Shown: in pieces, positions 1 to 9,000 of the stretch
Layout of the letters: each line of letters begins with the position of its first letter
How positions within the stretch are numbered: position 1 is the first letter of the stretch
Origin: Chthoniobacterales bacterium
Lineage (GTDB): Bacteria > Verrucomicrobiota > Verrucomicrobiia > Chthoniobacterales > JACTMZ01
Reading direction: 5' to 3'
Assembly: GCA_049315725.1 (NCBI GenBank)
Contig: JBMOJP010000001.1
Coordinates: 27,690-91,689 of the forward strand
DNA: 64,000 nt
The notes under the pieces: generated by a model
Databases searched by the model: none
Told to the model about the DNA's origin: nothing
The model's input: only the letters and a program-made list of their open reading frames with translations
Position numbers and translations under genes: made by a program

Positions 1-126
1 GTCGGAATAGCCGGTCGCGCCGTCGTCAAAGTCGAGCTTGAGCAGCGCCCCGCGTCGTGCGGCGGCGGCGGCGCGCGCGGGATCAGGGCCGGGCCTCAGT
101 TCGTAGTGGTGAATCCCGATTTTCAC
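1..126 (-). CDS. partial CDS (first 42 codons; continues past window start), possibly o-succinylbenzoate synthase / enolase-superfamily
   Basis: GTG at 126-124 overlaps the menA stop (GTGA). The open frame reads VKIGIHHYELRPG...GALLKLDFDDGATGYSD to the window edge. The functional guess rests only on its position downstream of menA. Confidence 0.35.
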   Translation of the reverse strand, partial: MKIGIHHYELRPGPDPARAAAAARRGALLKLDFDDGATGYSD

Positions 127-1007
127 GGCAGCAGAAATCCGAATGTCAGGGCAAGACCGAACGCCGCATGGAGCGCGGCAGCTTGGGCGAGCAACTGGTT
201 GACCGAGCGGTCTGGTCCGGTGGTCAGGCAGGCCCTCGCCAGCCAATGAGCCAGCGGCAGGGCCAAGAGAGGGAGCATGAAAGCCCAAAAATAGCCGAGG
301 GGCAGCCAGGCGAGTCCAATGACGAAGGGAGCAAGCACGAGGACTGCATTCTCCCGGCGGGCGAAGGCCAGACCGAAGCGCACCGCGAGCGTCCGCTTGC
401 CCGCTGCACGATCGCCCTCCAGGTCGCGCAGGTTATTGACCGCGAGGAGGACGCTGGCGTGCAGGCCGATCTGCAGCCCGGCGAGGAGAGCCGCCAAGGA
501 AAACCCCCCCGCATTGAGAAAATACGTGCCGGCCACGGCGATAACGCCGAAGAAAAGAATGGCAAAAATCTCGCCCAGTCCGAGGTAGGCGAGCGCAAAG
601 GGGCCGCCGGTGTATAGATAGGCGCAGAGCAGGGAGGCGGTTCCGATGGCGAGGATAACCCACCCGCCGGCGAGGAGGAGAGGAAGGGAACACAATGCGG
701 CGAGGACAAGGCAGACCAACCCTCCGGCCATCAAGCGTGAGGCAGGCAGCAGCCTTGCCGCGGTGACCCGCACCGGGCCTAGGCGCTCGGCAGTGTCCGC
801 GCCTTTCGCATGGTCGAGGGCATCGTTGAAGTAGTTGGTCGCGATCTGGATAAGGATGGCGCAGGCGAGGATGAGCGCAGAGAGGAATGGATCAAAGCGA
901 TCGCGGGAGCAGGCCAGCGCCGCCCCGGCAGTCACGGGGATGACGGCAGCGCCGAGGGTGCGCGGGCGGGCGGCGAGGATCCACGGACTCATGGCCTGCC
1001 ATGCCAC
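123..1007 (-). CDS. menA: 1,4-dihydroxy-2-naphthoate polyprenyltransferase (UbiA family)
   Basis: 294-aa polytopic ORF with the UbiA-type motif NYFNDALDHAKGAD and a MenA-like N-terminus (WILAARPRTLGAAVIPV). Confidence 0.85.
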   Translation of the reverse strand: MAWQAMSPWILAARPRTLGAAVIPVTAGAALACSRDRFDPFLSALILACAILIQIATNYFNDALDHAKGADTAERLGPVRVTAARLLPASRLMAGGLVCLVLAALCSLPLLLAGGWVILAIGTASLLCAYLYTGGPFALAYLGLGEIFAILFFGVIAVAGTYFLNAGGFSLAALLAGLQIGLHASVLLAVNNLRDLEGDRAAGKRTLAVRFGLAFARRENAVLVLAPFVIGLAWLPLGYFWAFMLPLLALPLAHWLARACLTTGPDRSVNQLLAQAAALHAAFGLALTFGFLLP

Positions 1008-1049
1008 GCGGGACGCGGGGTCAGGTCAATCTTTTGCGCGGGATGAGGA

Positions 1050-1430
1050 TTGACCGCGGATGGTTCGGTGGGCACAGAGGGTGGGCTGGTTTCGCTCTGG
1101 CTCGGATTGAACACGGATGCGTTCGGTGCGGCCGGTGTTTTTTCACCGGCGTTTTGGACGAGTCCGAATTGCATGAAATCGGTGATGGAAGGAACGAAGA
1201 AGGATGGATTGCGCGTCTACATGGACATGGGCACGGCGGAGAAAGGGAATCTTAGCGGTGATTACTGGAGGGATGCGTTCGCAGTGCGCGAGGCCTTGCT
1301 CAAGCAGGGTCACATCGAGGGACAGGATTTTCTCTGGAATCCGGGGGAAGGCGACGAGCACAACGAGAAGGCATGGGCCAGGCGGTTGCCGGTGGCGTTG
1401 CGGTTTTTGCTGCGGCCGGGTGGTTCGTAG
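1050..1430 (+). pseudogene. C-terminal remnant of a putative-esterase (esterase D / enterochelin esterase-like) alpha/beta hydrolase
   Basis: The 126-codon frame opens only at 1047, just after an in-frame TGA at 1044-1046, and starts at TTG. It contains GGLVSLWLGL..FGAAGVFSPAFW and a C-terminal DEHNEKAW block typical of the distal half of this family. The ~150 N-terminal residues and the GxSxG nucleophile are absent. Confidence 0.45.
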
Positions 1431-1610
1431 GATGATCGGCCTTCGCGCAGAAACCTCGCGATGGTCGTAGACCGCTGCATTTCCATGGAGATGGCCCGCC
1501 CTCGGGCCATTTGATTTGCTTCCGCGCTGCGCGCGCTGCCGGATCGTGTGGGACGAGGGCGTCCCACTTCCTTGGGGGCGCGGTGACGGGCTATGGTCGT
1601 CGTGACAAGA

Positions 1611-2630
1611 TCAGGAAATGCCCAGCGCGGCGGCGATGGTGTCGGGGGAATTGCCCTCCAGACGGTTGTTCACGAAGATGTAGGATGGACGCTTGGTCGG
1701 GGTCTGCTCGCTCCGCTGGACCAGTGACTTCAATGCCTCCCGCGCTTCGAGATTTATCTCCTGCGTTTCGCGGTAGGGGGAGAATTTCTCCACGGCCTGC
1801 TGATACGCTCGTCCGGGCCGCAGGAGGAAACGGGCGGCGAAGAAATCGGCGGTGAAGGCGCCGGGCATCTGCATTTGCTCCCCGACCGGGGGCATCTTGG
1901 TCCAACTGTTGAAGACATGCGCGACGCGGTGGCGCCGAAGCATGTCGAAATACTCCGTGCGCAACAGCGACGCGTTGCGCACTTCGATGCCGTAGGACCA
2001 GTCGGGAGGAAGCTGGCTGAGGAATTGATCCAGCGCGGTCATAAAATCGCGTCCGCGGGGAAAGTGCGATGGATGAAAGGCGGAAAACTCAAAAATCAGC
2101 AGGCCGGCCTTGGAGCGGTGCGGGGCCAACGGGGCGAGAAACGCGTCGGCAAAAAGCTGCGCGTTGAGGAAATTACCGTTATCCCGGCCGGCTCGGGCGC
2201 CGAAACGGTCGAGCTGGGGAAACCTCTTCACCGTGATTTCGTCGGTGACTTTGAAGCACAGTCGAAAACCCTCAGGCACCTGCGCGGCGAGGCCGGCGAG
2301 ATAAAGCTCGGTGGGGAAGCGATAGTAGCCGGCATCAACGCAGACGGCGGGAAAAACCCCGGCGTATTCCTCCAGGCAGGTGGACTCGAATTTTTTCTGC
2401 GAGAGGCGTCCGCGCACGAGGTAGCGCTGTTCGTCGTATACTTGGCCGAGCCAGCCCTCGTATTTCCAAGAGGAGGTGCCGAGGAACAGATTGCGCTCCC
2501 GGGCCAGTGCGGCGGTGGCGCGGGCCACGCCGTTGAGGGGGAAAGCGGGCGCGGTTGAGAGTTGCAGGGCGGGGGTTGGGAGGCTGGAGGAATCGGCACC
2601 GGGAGGGCGGTCTTTTCCCTCAACGCTCAT
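1611..2630 (-). CDS. DUF72 (UPF0759) family protein
   Basis: 339-aa ORF with LGTSSWKYEGWLGQVY and downstream blocks typical of DUF72. Confidence 0.8.
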   Translation of the reverse strand: MSVEGKDRPPGADSSSLPTPALQLSTAPAFPLNGVARATAALARERNLFLGTSSWKYEGWLGQVYDEQRYLVRGRLSQKKFESTCLEEYAGVFPAVCVDAGYYRFPTELYLAGLAAQVPEGFRLCFKVTDEITVKRFPQLDRFGARAGRDNGNFLNAQLFADAFLAPLAPHRSKAGLLIFEFSAFHPSHFPRGRDFMTALDQFLSQLPPDWSYGIEVRNASLLRTEYFDMLRRHRVAHVFNSWTKMPPVGEQMQMPGAFTADFFAARFLLRPGRAYQQAVEKFSPYRETQEINLEAREALKSLVQRSEQTPTKRPSYIFVNNRLEGNSPDTIAAALGIS

Positions 2631-2648
2631 CCCCCATCACTCAACTTC

Positions 2649-2978
2649 CTACATCAATCCCTTGAGCCGACTGAGCAAATCGGCCTCGCCCTGCAGCCCG
2701 ACCACCTGTTCGCGCACCTCGCCGTCCTTGAAGAAAAGCAGGGTGGGAATCGAGGAGACGCCGAAGCGGCTGGCCACCCCGGGCGCTTCATCCACGTTGA
2801 CTTTGGCCACGACAGCCTGGCCAACTGTGGCGTCGGCAATTTTGTCAAGAATCGGCGCGATCATCCGGCAGGGACCGCACCAAGGAGCCCAGAAATCGAC
2901 GAGCATGGGCGTGGCCGCCTTTTTGATCTCGGTGTCGAAGGTTGAGTCGTTGAGTTGCAGAATGTTTGCGCTGGCCAT
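2649..2978 (-). CDS. trxA: thioredoxin
   Basis: 109 aa with the WAPWCGPCR active site and a typical thioredoxin fold sequence. Confidence 0.95.
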   Translation of the reverse strand: MASANILQLNDSTFDTEIKKAATPMLVDFWAPWCGPCRMIAPILDKIADATVGQAVVAKVNVDEAPGVASRFGVSSIPTLLFFKDGEVREQVVGLQGEADLLSRLKGLM

Positions 2979-3014
2979 GGATTTGATCGGGTGTTTGAGA
3001 GTTTGGTGGTTAGA

Positions 3015-4091
3015 TTAGAGATACATCCAGAGCTGGACTCCGAGCGCGGCGAGAGCAACGACAGTTGCCGCAATGGCCAGCAGGCCGGTGAGCTGGTCGG
3101 GAGCTGCTTCGGTCGCATCCTCCGCAGTCGCGGCTGGCTTGATCGTTGCCGCAGGTTTGGCTGCGGGGGCCGACGAGCCAATTTTGACCGTGGCCTGAGG
3201 GGCTGGACGGCTCGGTGGCGTGACGGTGACTTTGGAAGTTTCTTTTTTCGCCGCATCGCCGGGGGCGGCGGGCTTGATCGCGGCTGGTGCTGCGGTGGCC
3301 GGGCGCGGAGCACCGACTGGGGCCGGCACGGCCGGGGCTGCCGGATTCTCCGCGGCAACAGGCTTGGGTCCGGGCGCGGCCGGAGCGGTGGGCGCTCCTC
3401 CGGCAGGCATGGGAGGCTTTGGTGCCATGGGGGCCGGGATTGCTGCGCCGGCAGGCGGCAAGGGAGGCTTTGGCGCCATGGGGGCCGGGGCTGCTGCGCC
3501 GGCAGGCATGGGAGGTTTGGGCGGCATGGGGGCCGAGGTTGCTGCGCCGGCAGGCAAGGGAGGCTTTGGCGGCATGGGGGCCGGGGCTGCTCCGCCCGCA
3601 GGCATGGGAGGTTTGGGAGCCATGGGCGCTCCGGGTGCAGCTGCCACCGGTGGTTTCGGAGCAAACGGGGCGGCTGGTGGTGCGCCCACAGGGACGGGAG
3701 GCTTGGGAGCCATGGTGGTGCCAGGCACGGCGGTTTTGGGCGCCATCGCGACCGGCGCGGCAGGTGCCGGGACGGCGGGGCGGGGTGCCATGGGCGCGGC
3801 GCTCGGCACGGCCAACTTTGGTGCCATGGGTGCAGCGCCGCGGGCCGCAGGAATACCCGGTGGCTTGGGGGCCAGACTCGGGGCGGGCGCTGACGGCACG
3901 GCCATGCCTGGGGATGTTGGCATCACGGGCTTCGGCGGTGGTGGCATGCTGGTCGGCGCGACCGCGGCTGTCGGCAAAGGCTTGGGCGGGAGATTGATCA
4001 TCGCCGCCTCGCGGGGATTGGCCGCGCCGGGTTTCCCGTCGCGTTGCGGTGGGAGGACGATGCGGACAGTTTCTTTCTTTGGTTCGTTCAT
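3015..4091 (-). CDS. Pro/Ala-rich repeat protein with a C-terminal transmembrane anchor
   Basis: 358-aa ORF. The N-terminus is MNEPKKETVRIVLPP with no signal peptide. About 300 aa are P/A/K/M-rich with APKPP motifs. The only hydrophobic helix is at the C-terminus (LTGLLAIAATVVALAALGVQLWMYL). The boundaries are tidy, ending 36 nt upstream of trxA. Confidence 0.65.
   Translation of the reverse strand: MNEPKKETVRIVLPPQRDGKPGAANPREAAMINLPPKPLPTAAVAPTSMPPPPKPVMPTSPGMAVPSAPAPSLAPKPPGIPAARGAAPMAPKLAVPSAAPMAPRPAVPAPAAPVAMAPKTAVPGTTMAPKPPVPVGAPPAAPFAPKPPVAAAPGAPMAPKPPMPAGGAAPAPMPPKPPLPAGAATSAPMPPKPPMPAGAAAPAPMAPKPPLPPAGAAIPAPMAPKPPMPAGGAPTAPAAPGPKPVAAENPAAPAVPAPVGAPRPATAAPAAIKPAAPGDAAKKETSKVTVTPPSRPAPQATVKIGSSAPAAKPAATIKPAATAEDATEAAPDQLTGLLAIAATVVALAALGVQLWMYL
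3387..3629 (-). repeat. five tandem in-frame repeats of 48 nt (one copy 51 nt), encoding the unit APM(A/P)PKPP(M/L)PAG(G/A)A(A/T)(P/S)
   Basis: Direct reading of consecutive units, e.g. ggcaggcatgggaggctttggtgccatgggggccgggattgctgcgcc. They correspond to aa 155-235 of the 3015..4091 protein. Confidence 0.85.
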
Positions 4092-4271
4092 GTCTGGAAG
4101 GGTTTTGCTCAGTGATGGGAGGTTGGATCGCCCTTGGAGCGCGGGCCAGAATTATCCGCCGGGGCAGGGCTGTCAACCGTTTCGAAGGGGGCCGTGGTTT
4201 TTCGCTGCGGGCCAAATAAGGGCTTGCCTCCGGCGGCTCGATCGACCATGTTAACTCATTGTTTTTATTAT

Positions 4272-4541
4272 ATGGCTAAGACTTCATGGATAGAGCGCGA
4301 GAAGCGCAAGCGTAAGACGGTGGCGAAATTCGCCGGGCTGAGGGCGGAGCTGAAGCAAAAGGGTGAATACCTCGCCCTTTCGCAATTGCCGCGCAATGCC
4401 AGTCCGGTGCGCTTGTCGAACCGTTGCCGCGTCTCGGGCCGCAAGCGCGCTTTCCTGCGCGAGTTCCAAATGTCCCGCCTGACCTTCCGCGAGCTGGCCT
4501 GCGCCGGCCTCATTCCCGGGGTCACCAAGGCAAGCTGGTAA
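4272..4541 (+). CDS. rpsN: 30S ribosomal protein S14 (long, non-zinc form)
   Basis: [20 protein letters not shown]...[39 protein letters not shown], 89 aa. The ATG at 4272 was chosen inside the longer ORF 4134..4541. Confidence 0.93.
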   Translation: MAKTSWIEREKRKRKTVAKFAGLRAELKQKGEYLALSQLPRNASPVRLSNRCRVSGRKRAFLREFQMSRLTFRELACAGLIPGVTKASW

Positions 4542-4654
4542 TCCAAGGGCTTCCTGCGGCCCCGTCCCGGTGCCGCCGGTCAAGCAGCGACGTGCCGGAA
4601 ACGTTGCCTTCCGCGCAGTCCGCCTCGTCGGCGTAATGTGTCTCCTTTTCTTCG

Positions 4655-6028
4655 ATGAATTCTCTCCTTGCTTCCGCATCCGTGAACGCCGGCTTTCCGT
4701 CGGTCGATGCGGTTTTGTTCCAGGTCTTCGTGGTCACCGCCTTGGTGTTGCTCAATGGCTTTTTCGTCGCGTTCGAGTTTGCCGTAGTCAAGGTGCGCTC
4801 GGCGCAGCTGGGAGAGAGCGACCTTAACGGCCACCGCAGTGCCCGCCGGGCCAAGGAGATTCTGGCCAACATGGACGCCTATCTGTCCGCGGCCCAACTG
4901 GGCATCACGCTGACCAGCCTGGGGCTGGGGTGGGCGGGTGAGCCGTTCGTGGCGCGGCTGCTCGGACCGGTCCTGGCCTCGTTCGGCCTTGAGCAACCAG
5001 AGGTGCTAAGAGTGCTTTCCTTTGCCGTGGCTTTCGCCTTGATCACTTTTCTGCACATCGTGGTGGGGGAGCAGGCTCCGAAGATTCTCGCCATCCGCCG
5101 GGCTCTGCCGACCCTGCTTTTCTGCGCGGGACCGATGTGGTTTTTCTGCCGTATTTTCCGCCCGTTCATCTTCGTGATCAACGTTTCGTCCGGCTGGTTG
5201 CTGCGCAAAGTTTTCCGACTGGAGGGTTCGGCGGCCCATGAGTCGGCCCACACGACCGAGGAGCTGCGGGCCATCCTGGAAGCCGGAGTCACCGGGGAGG
5301 GGGCACCGGTCAGCCAACTAGGACGCGAGATTCTCATCAACGCCCTCGACATGCGCAAGCGGGTCGTGCGCGACATCATGACCCCGCGGGGCGAGGTTGT
5401 GTTCCTCGATTTGGAGGACGACTTCGACCACAACCTGCGGGTGGCGCGGGATTCTGGTCACACCAGGTTTCCGCTCTGTCGCGGGCATCTCGACGATGAG
5501 GCAGGGTTGATCCACATCAAGGACTTGCTGGCCCTGATCCGGGAGAAGAAGGAGGACCTGCTTTCGATCAAGCGCGAGTTGGTCCACGTGCCGGAGCTGA
5601 TGCCGCTCGAGCGCTTGCTCAAGTTTCTTCTCGGCAAGCGGGCCCACCTCGCTCTTGTGCTCGATGAATACGGCGGAGCCGTCGGCGTGGTCACCCTGGA
5701 CAATGTGCTGGCGGAATTGGTCGGCGATATCCAGGACGAGTTTGATGAGGCCCAGAGCGAGTGCCGGCAGGTTGGCGAAGGCGAATACCTCCTCGACGGT
5801 GCCGTGGCCCTGCACGATCTCGACGACCTGATCGGCCTGCGGGTGGAGAGCACGGATGTCAGCACGGTGGGTGGTTATCTGACTCATCTGCTGGGGCATC
5901 TGCCCCGCCAGGGCGAGAGGGTGTTCTGTGAGGGCTTCGAGTTCACCGTGAACAAGACGGATGGTCGCCGCGTGGTTAGCGTCCAGGCGAAGCGTCGGTC
6001 TCCGCTGCCCGCTAGTCGTGCGGTCTAA
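4655..6028 (+). CDS. CNNM/DUF21-CBS-CorC_HlyC family membrane protein (hemolysin-C/CorC-like divalent-cation efflux family)
   Basis: 457 aa. It has an N-terminal multi-TM DUF21 region (NGFFVAFEFAVVKVR), a CBS pair and a C-terminal CorC/HlyC transporter-associated domain. Confidence 0.85.
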   Translation: MNSLLASASVNAGFPSVDAVLFQVFVVTALVLLNGFFVAFEFAVVKVRSAQLGESDLNGHRSARRAKEILANMDAYLSAAQLGITLTSLGLGWAGEPFVARLLGPVLASFGLEQPEVLRVLSFAVAFALITFLHIVVGEQAPKILAIRRALPTLLFCAGPMWFFCRIFRPFIFVINVSSGWLLRKVFRLEGSAAHESAHTTEELRAILEAGVTGEGAPVSQLGREILINALDMRKRVVRDIMTPRGEVVFLDLEDDFDHNLRVARDSGHTRFPLCRGHLDDEAGLIHIKDLLALIREKKEDLLSIKRELVHVPELMPLERLLKFLLGKRAHLALVLDEYGGAVGVVTLDNVLAELVGDIQDEFDEAQSECRQVGEGEYLLDGAVALHDLDDLIGLRVESTDVSTVGGYLTHLLGHLPRQGERVFCEGFEFTVNKTDGRRVVSVQAKRRSPLPASRAV

Positions 6029-6079
6029 CCGGCCAGACACCCCTTGCGGGGTGGCCGCCCCCGCTGTTTATTGCCAGCC

Positions 6080-7579
6080 ATGTCACTTTCCGAGATCTCC
6101 TCCGCCAGCACTCCGCTTGAGTCACCGCACCTGCGTGACCACGACTACGCCCTGTCTGAGGCGCGGTGGATGCTCAATTTGGTCAAGACCCCGACGTCGG
6201 AGATTTCCCTCGAGGCGCGCCAGAATATCAGTGAGCAGACGGTCGACAACTTCGCCAACCACATCAACGCCGGCTTCCTCGAACACCGCAAGTCGGCCAC
6301 TTTGGGCGGCGAGTTTGCCTTCACCGAGTGGGAGGGTCAGGGGTCTTTGATTCGCGATGCCCTCGGTCGTGAGTTCATCGACATGCTGGGGGGATTTGGT
6401 CTTTACAGCTACGGCCTGCGGCACCCGAAAATCGTCGAGGCCGTGCGGGCCCAACTCGACCGGTCGCCGCAATACTCGCAGGAGATGCTCGATCCGCTCC
6501 GCGCCCAGTTGGGCCGGGTCCTGGCGCACCTCACCCCCGGCGACATCCAGAAGGGCTTTTTTGCCAACAGCGGGACCGAGGCCATCGAGGGCGCACTCAA
6601 ACTGGCCAAGTTTTACACCGGCAAGAGGGGCATCATTTCGATGCAAAAAGGTTTCCACGGCAAAACGCTTGGGTCGCTCTCGGTCACGGGCAAAAGCGTG
6701 TTCCGTGAGCCCATCCTGCCGCTGCTGGAGGGTGTCCGCTTCGTTCCCTACGGCTGCGCCTGCGCCGTCGAGCAGGAGTTGGAGGCGGCCCAGGTTGTGG
6801 GGGACGGCATGGCCGCGGTCATCATCGAGCCGGTCCAAGGCGAGGCGGGCGCGATTGTCCCGCCACCGGATTTCCTCCCGCGTCTGCGTGAGATTTGCGA
6901 CTATTACAAAGTCCTGCTCATCGCCGACGAGGTGCAAACCGGCTTCGGCCGCACGGGGAAAATGTTCGGCGTGGACCATGCCGGGATTGCCCCCGACATC
7001 ATGTGCTTCGGCAAGGCTCTGGGCGGTGGCGTGGTGGCCTGCAGCGCATTTTTTGCCACGGCCAAAATCTGGAGCGTGCTCGAGCCGAACCCGTTCATGC
7101 ACACGACCACGACCGGGGGTAACCCGCTGGCCTGCGCCGCAGCGCTTGCGGCTGTCGAAGTCATGCTTGAGGAGGACACTCCGCGGCAGGCGGCCGAGAA
7201 GGGCGATTACATGATGGTCAAGCTCAATGAGTTGAAGGCGCGGTATCCGGACGTTCTCAAGGAGGTGAGCGGGCAGGGGCTCCTGATCGGCATGAGGTTC
7301 CCGTCTTCGACCGTCGGCTACAAGGTGGCTTCCGGATTGTTCCAGCGCCGGGTTCTGACTGCCGGCACCTTGATCAGCGCCGAAAGCATTCGCATCGAGC
7401 CCGCGCTCAATGTGCCCATGGATTTGCTCGACGAGGTGCTCAACCGGTTGGAAGACACGCTCAAGAGCGTGAAACTCGAACCCGGGGACGTGCGGCCCGC
7501 GGTCCAGGAGCACAGTTTTTCCAAGCCCGAGTGTTACGGCCCCTGCGCCTGGGGCACCAAGTGCCTGGCGAAAAAGTAA
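6080..7579 (+). CDS. class-III PLP aminotransferase (putrescine / acetylornithine aminotransferase-like)
   Basis: Contains FANSGTEAIEGALKLAK, FHGKTLGSLS, LIADEVQTGFGRTGKMF and GKALGGG blocks. The start is taken at ATG 6080 (MSLSEIS), and the ORF extends to 6044. It ends in an unusual Cys-containing tail, ECYGPCAWGTKCLAKK. Confidence 0.85.
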   Translation: MSLSEISSASTPLESPHLRDHDYALSEARWMLNLVKTPTSEISLEARQNISEQTVDNFANHINAGFLEHRKSATLGGEFAFTEWEGQGSLIRDALGREFIDMLGGFGLYSYGLRHPKIVEAVRAQLDRSPQYSQEMLDPLRAQLGRVLAHLTPGDIQKGFFANSGTEAIEGALKLAKFYTGKRGIISMQKGFHGKTLGSLSVTGKSVFREPILPLLEGVRFVPYGCACAVEQELEAAQVVGDGMAAVIIEPVQGEAGAIVPPPDFLPRLREICDYYKVLLIADEVQTGFGRTGKMFGVDHAGIAPDIMCFGKALGGGVVACSAFFATAKIWSVLEPNPFMHTTTTGGNPLACAAALAAVEVMLEEDTPRQAAEKGDYMMVKLNELKARYPDVLKEVSGQGLLIGMRFPSSTVGYKVASGLFQRRVLTAGTLISAESIRIEPALNVPMDLLDEVLNRLEDTLKSVKLEPGDVRPAVQEHSFSKPECYGPCAWGTKCLAKK

Positions 7580-7614
7580 CACGCTCGTGCTGCCAGCCGC
7601 ATCGCGCAGCGTAA

Positions 7615-8028
7615 CTACCAACCGCGTTTGACGGCGAACTTTCGCGCTTCGAGCAGCGGGAGCAGGCGTTCCGCGAGTTCGCCTTGAAGCTCGAGTTGAC
7701 GTCCTTCGATTTTGCCGCCGCAGCCGAGTGAGGTTTTTAACTCGTGCAGCAGGTCTTGCAATTTCGTTGCGGACCACGCGGGCGAGAATCCTTCGAGCAC
7801 GAGGACAGTTTTGCCGCCACGGTGCGCGGTGGAGCGGCGCAGGAGGAGACGCTCGATCCGGGTTTTCTTGTTGTTCGGCAACCCCTGAACGGACGGGGCG
7901 CCCGTTCCCCCTGGTTGGGCGCAGGCCGGTTCAGCGGGCAGCAGCCCGAGGTCAAGCGCGGCGAAGGGATTGGCCCAGGCGGCTGGGGCAGCGTCGGTCG
8001 GGATCCGTCTTTTTTTCTCCCGGGCCAC
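7615..8028 (-). CDS. SUI1/eIF1-family translation initiation factor (YciH-like)
   Basis: The C-terminal 85 aa (GGKTVLVLEGF...LKTSLGCGGKIEG..LELQGE) match the SUI1 fold signature. Confidence 0.8.
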   Translation of the reverse strand: MAREKKRRIPTDAAPAAWANPFAALDLGLLPAEPACAQPGGTGAPSVQGLPNNKKTRIERLLLRRSTAHRGGKTVLVLEGFSPAWSATKLQDLLHELKTSLGCGGKIEGRQLELQGELAERLLPLLEARKFAVKRGW

Positions 8029-8034
8029 GGATGG

Positions 8035-9000
8035 TCAGCGCAGCCAGCGCTTTTTCTTGATGTAGATGAGCGGCAGGATGGCCGAGAGGAAGGTGAGGAG
8101 GATGGTCACGGGAAAACCCCATTTCCACGACAGTTCGGGCATGTAGGCGAAGTTCATGCCATACATCGTGCCGACCAAGGTGGGGGGGAGGAACACGGCG
8201 GTGAGGATGGTGAAAACCTTGACGATCTGGTTTTGTTGCATGTTCAGGATGCCCATGGAGGCCTGTTGCAGGTAGCGGACCTTGTCGTGCTCAAAGGCGA
8301 GGTGGTCCTTGATGCCGGCGACGTCGGCCGCGAGTTCGTTGACCCGGGCCTGCAGTTCGGCCTCGGTAAAGCCGTCCACCTCGGCATTGAAATACCGGAC
8401 GACACGCGCCAATTGCAGCACGCTCTCCCCGCTCTGCGAAATGAAGTCCTCGTAGCGCGACAACTCGGCCAGCAATTCGCTGATCTCGGTCATGGTTCCG
8501 GTCTGCCCGGTGCCGAGTTCGGTCGGCATTTCTGCGATCGTCTTGGACAATTTCTCCAAGTCCGTGCCCACCGCCTCGACGCGGTCGGCCACCGTTTCGC
8601 TCAGGCTGAAGAGGAGGCCCCAGAGGATTTTTTGGGGTGAGCCATAGAGGTGTGACTTGCGCCGGATGCGCTGGGCAAAGACCGCGACCGGCATGAGCTC
8701 GATGTCATGCAAGGTGACCACGCAGTCCTCGTGGAGGATGAAGGTGAGTTTGTTGACTTTGATCGCGTTCTCCTCGTCCTTGCTGACCAGGCCCATGGTC
8801 ATAAAGAGCGTGTCGTCCTCGTGGTAGATCGTCGGGTGCTGGAGGGTCAGTTCGATGTCGAGGGCGGTTCGCAGGATGTCCTTCTCCTCCGGCGTCGGTC
8901 GCAGCACATCAATCCACAAGGCCTGCGGCAATTCCTCCGCCGTCTGCACCTCGCGGGTGAAACGGAAACTTTCGCCGTCCTTGAAGAAAGCCGTGATCAT
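8035..9000 (-). CDS. corA: magnesium/cobalt transporter CorA
   Basis: YGMNF (GMN) motif followed by two C-terminal TM helices. The start is taken at ATG 9000 (MITAFFKDG), which gives a typical 321 aa. The longer ORF to 9264 is Arg/Ala-rich junk. Confidence 0.9.
   Translation of the reverse strand: MITAFFKDGESFRFTREVQTAEELPQALWIDVLRPTPEEKDILRTALDIELTLQHPTIYHEDDTLFMTMGLVSKDEENAIKVNKLTFILHEDCVVTLHDIELMPVAVFAQRIRRKSHLYGSPQKILWGLLFSLSETVADRVEAVGTDLEKLSKTIAEMPTELGTGQTGTMTEISELLAELSRYEDFISQSGESVLQLARVVRYFNAEVDGFTEAELQARVNELAADVAGIKDHLAFEHDKVRYLQQASMGILNMQQNQIVKVFTILTAVFLPPTLVGTMYGMNFAYMPELSWKWGFPVTILLTFLSAILPLIYIKKKRWLR

Noticed and set aside
1548-1567. A perfect 8-bp hairpin, GTGGGACG-AGGG-CGTCCCAC, between the esterase remnant and the DUF72 gene.
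   Set aside because: There is no U-tract on either strand, so I do not call it an intrinsic terminator. It may still be a stabilising or REP-like stem.
3387-3629. Regularly spaced 48-nt repeats that could superficially suggest a CRISPR array.
   Set aside because: - The repeats are contiguous with no unique spacers.
- They are in frame and encode a 16-aa peptide repeat.
- No cas genes are nearby.
3220-4254. A 344-aa Gly/Ala-rich ORF on the plus strand, opposite the Pro/Ala-rich gene.
   Set aside because: - It runs through the intergenic region almost up to rpsN.
- It ends in junk-like sequence and lacks a sensible start context.
- The minus-strand frame has clean boundaries, a Lys-rich N-terminus and a C-terminal TM helix.
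- I still flag strand confirmation as needed.
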